NCBI GenBank assembly: GCA_020633555.1 | Contig: JACKDL010000026.1 | Span: forward strand, 64,001-82,199 | Direction of reading: 5' to 3' | Source: Myxococcales bacterium | Lineage (GTDB): Bacteria > Myxococcota_A > Bradymonadia > UBA7976 > UBA1532 | Length of the DNA: 18,199 nt | Shown here: positions 16,388 through 18,199 of the stretch, in pieces | Position numbering within the stretch: position 1 is the stretch's first letter | Layout: each line of letters opens with the position of its first letter | The notes under the pieces: generated by a model | What the model saw: only the letters and a program-made list of their open reading frames with translations | Database searches by the model: none | What the model was told of the DNA's origin: nothing | Made by a program: the position numbers and the translations under genes

Positions 16388-18199
16388 CTATTGGCTCGGG
16401 CTGAAGATGAACGGGTACGCGATGACGCACTCGCCCCCATCGGGCGGGGCCGGGAAGCGGGTGCTGCGGATCACGCCAAGGACACACTCGGCCACCGCGG
16501 CGTCGCCCAGGGTCGAGGACTTGACCTTGGCGCTGCGCACCTCGCCCTGGGGGGTGATGCGCCACTCCACGGTGAGCTTGCCCGACAGCGCGGCAGACTT
16601 GAGCAGGGCCCTCTCGTAGCAGCCCACCACCTTGCCCTGGTGCTGATCCACCGCCGTGCGCACCTGCCCCTTGCTGAGGCTGCAGCTCGACACCTTGGTG
16701 CGGCTGGACAGGTTGCGGACCTTGCCGCGGATGCGGCCGGCGCCCTTGGTGGTCTTCTCGCCCAGGCGACCCACGCGGGCGCCGATCTGCTGGCCCCCGG
16801 TGGTGGCCAGGGGCGCCTGGTCGCGGCCGATGTTCACGTCGCCGCCCGGCAGCGGGGCGCCCACCCCGGGCACCTCCAGGGCGGCGCCGGTGGCGCCCGC
16901 CTTGCCGACGGCGTCGATGTTGCTGGCCACGTCCTTCAAGGTCACGTCGTCGCCCGTGGGGGCGGCGTCGGCGCCCGCGTTGACCGCCGACAGCAGGGCC
17001 TCGGCGTCACCCTGCGCCTGCTGACGCGCGCGCTGCATCTTCCGGCGCACCTTCTGGCGCACCGAGGACGGGAGCTGGGGCGTGGCCTCGGCGGGATCCG
17101 AGGGCCGGGGCGCGGGGGCCTCCTTCGCCTTCGGCGCGCGCTCGGGCCGGGGCTTCGGCGGCTTGGGTGGCGGCGCCTTGGGCTTCGGCTTCGGCTTGAT
17201 CTTCGGCAGCTCCCGGGCGTCCTTCAGGCTGGCGAAGCGCTCCTTGGGCGGGGGCTTGGCCACCGTGAGCTGCACGCCCACCGCGTCCAGCGACACCACG
17301 CCCAGGGCGAACAACAGGTGGAGCACCGCGCCCGCGCCGAGCGCGCCCAGGTACACCCCCCATGGCTTGCGGCGGCCGGTGGCGCGGCCCGCGTCCCGCG
17401 CGGCGTGATCCACGCGGATCCGCCAGGTGGCCTGGGCCCAGCGCAGCTCGGCCCGATCGCCGGGCTCCAGGGGCATCTCGCTGGGGCCTTCGGGCACGGT
17501 CTCGCTGGCGCCCAGGTGCATGCGGCGGCCGGTGGCGCCCGCGGGGATGCACAGGACCACCCCCTGCCCGGTGTGACGCACCACCGGCTGGCCCCGCGGG
17601 AACCGGTCGCGGCTGTGGAGCACCTGCGAGGCGGCCACCACCCCGTCGACGATCCGCGCCACCTCCACCACCACGCCGCCCTGGCGATCGCCGGTGGGGC
17701 GGCCGCTGGTCAGGTCGCCCAGGATGGCGTCCAGGTGCTCTACGGCCGGCGGGCGTGGGGGCTCGGGATCGGCCCAGATGCTCGGCTCGAACCCGTCGGG
17801 GGGCAGGGTCAGGGCGCCGCGGGCCGGGGGCCGCCGACGGGGCTCGGCCTCGGGCGGGCGCACGGCGAAGAGCAGGTCGGTGAACTCGCCCGAGTCCACG
17901 GTGCGCTCGGACAGCGGGCCGGGCGCCTGGGGGCCCGGAACCACGGGCCCCGGGACCGAGCGAGTGGGCTCCTGGCTGGCGCTCGTGGCCTCGCCGGGCA
18001 CCCGGGTGGGCTCCTGCGAGTCGTCCCCCGGCCGCATGGGCACCTGCGCCGTGGGCTCGTCGGTGCCACGGGCCGGGTGGGCGAAGCCGGCGGCCCGTTG
18101 CGGCGCGGCGTGCAGGCGCGTGGGGTCGTCCTCGCCGGGGCTGGGCAGGGGCGCGGTGACCCGCGGCGGCACCAGCGGGGCGATCTCGCCGGGCGGCGT
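16388..18199 (-). CDS. PglI/TonB-like bitopic membrane protein. It has a cytoplasmic N-terminal region, one TM helix, a Lys/Pro-rich spacer and an AgmX/PglI-type C-terminal domain. The 5' end probably lies beyond the window.
   Basis: The frame is open to the window edge. The track start at 18172 is an internal GTG. Architecture: N-terminal ~280 aa with a possible degenerate FHA-like segment (PGDRAELRWAQATWRI), a TM helix (VYLGALGAGAVLHLLFALGVV), the spacer KIKPKPKPKAPPPKPPKPRPERAPKAKEAP, and a C-terminus VRTAVDQHQGKVVGCYERAL...AECVLGVIR...GGECVIAYPFIFS matching the domain in the 10227-11126 gene. Stop at 16388. Confidence 0.7.
   Translation of the reverse strand, partial: TPPGEIAPLVPPRVTAPLPSPGEDDPTRLHAAPQRAAGFAHPARGTDEPTAQVPMRPGDDSQEPTRVPGEATSASQEPTRSVPGPVVPGPQAPGPLSERTVDSGEFTDLLFAVRPPEAEPRRRPPARGALTLPPDGFEPSIWADPEPPRPPAVEHLDAILGDLTSGRPTGDRQGGVVVEVARIVDGVVAASQVLHSRDRFPRGQPVVRHTGQGVVLCIPAGATGRRMHLGASETVPEGPSEMPLEPGDRAELRWAQATWRIRVDHAARDAGRATGRRKPWGVYLGALGAGAVLHLLFALGVVSLDAVGVQLTVAKPPPKERFASLKDARELPKIKPKPKPKAPPPKPPKPRPERAPKAKEAPAPRPSDPAEATPQLPSSVRQKVRRKMQRARQQAQGDAEALLSAVNAGADAAPTGDDVTLKDVASNIDAVGKAGATGAALEVPGVGAPLPGGDVNIGRDQAPLATTGGQQIGARVGRLGEKTTKGAGRIRGKVRNLSSRTKVSSCSLSKGQVRTAVDQHQGKVVGCYERALLKSAALSGKLTVEWRITPQGEVRSAKVKSSTLGDAAVAECVLGVIRSTRFPAPPDGGECVIAYPFIFSPSQ

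Noticed and set aside
16357-16440. ATG start at 16440 for hydrolase paralog 2
   Set aside because: It would overlap the upstream gene by 53 nt and add an Arg/Ser-rich, non-signal-like 28-aa extension. The internal GTG at 16356 has a GAGG RBS and yields a clean signal peptide.

Overview
This is a ~72% GC window, almost certainly from a myxobacterial (Myxococcota-type) chromosome. The GC level, pervasive long antisense ORFs and two AgmX/PglI-type C-terminal domains point that way. Real genes were separated from antisense and frame-shifted artefacts using third-position GC, signal peptides, recognisable family motifs and start/stop coupling. I call 17 protein-coding genes. No rRNA, tRNA, CRISPR array or obvious mobile element is present. 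The window has a lipid-handling theme. (1) A plus-strand operon at 5123-10160 encodes a Tat-secreted MlaC/Ttg2D (HpnM-like) lipid-binding protein, an MMPL/RND (HpnN-like) exporter, a translationally coupled lipoprotein of unknown function, a soluble ferritin-like diiron enzyme carrying the EE-x-x-HG and QE-x-x-H motifs of the acyl-ACP-desaturase class, and a small polytopic membrane protein. Two GTGA start/stop overlaps link the last three to the exporter. I consider this a candidate uncharacterised lipid modification and export module. (2) A minus-strand operon at 13200-18199 encodes a PglI/TonB-like anchored protein, two tandem paralogous PAF-acetylhydrolase-like (GHS[YF]GG) secreted lipase lipoproteins with repeat-encoded acidic linkers, and a GNAT acetyltransferase. 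All are coupled by 1-4 nt overlaps. (3) A small Sec-secreted peptide gene at 12855-13088 consists of five tandem YKPVPPMDAG decapeptides, encoded by near-perfect 30-bp DNA repeats. Other genes are a POT/PTR2 peptide transporter, a Uma2-family endonuclease, a membrane-anchored SNase-like nuclease, an MthK-like K+ channel with an RCK domain, a Cys-rich beta-helix secreted protein truncated at the 5' window edge, and a hypothetical lipoprotein.
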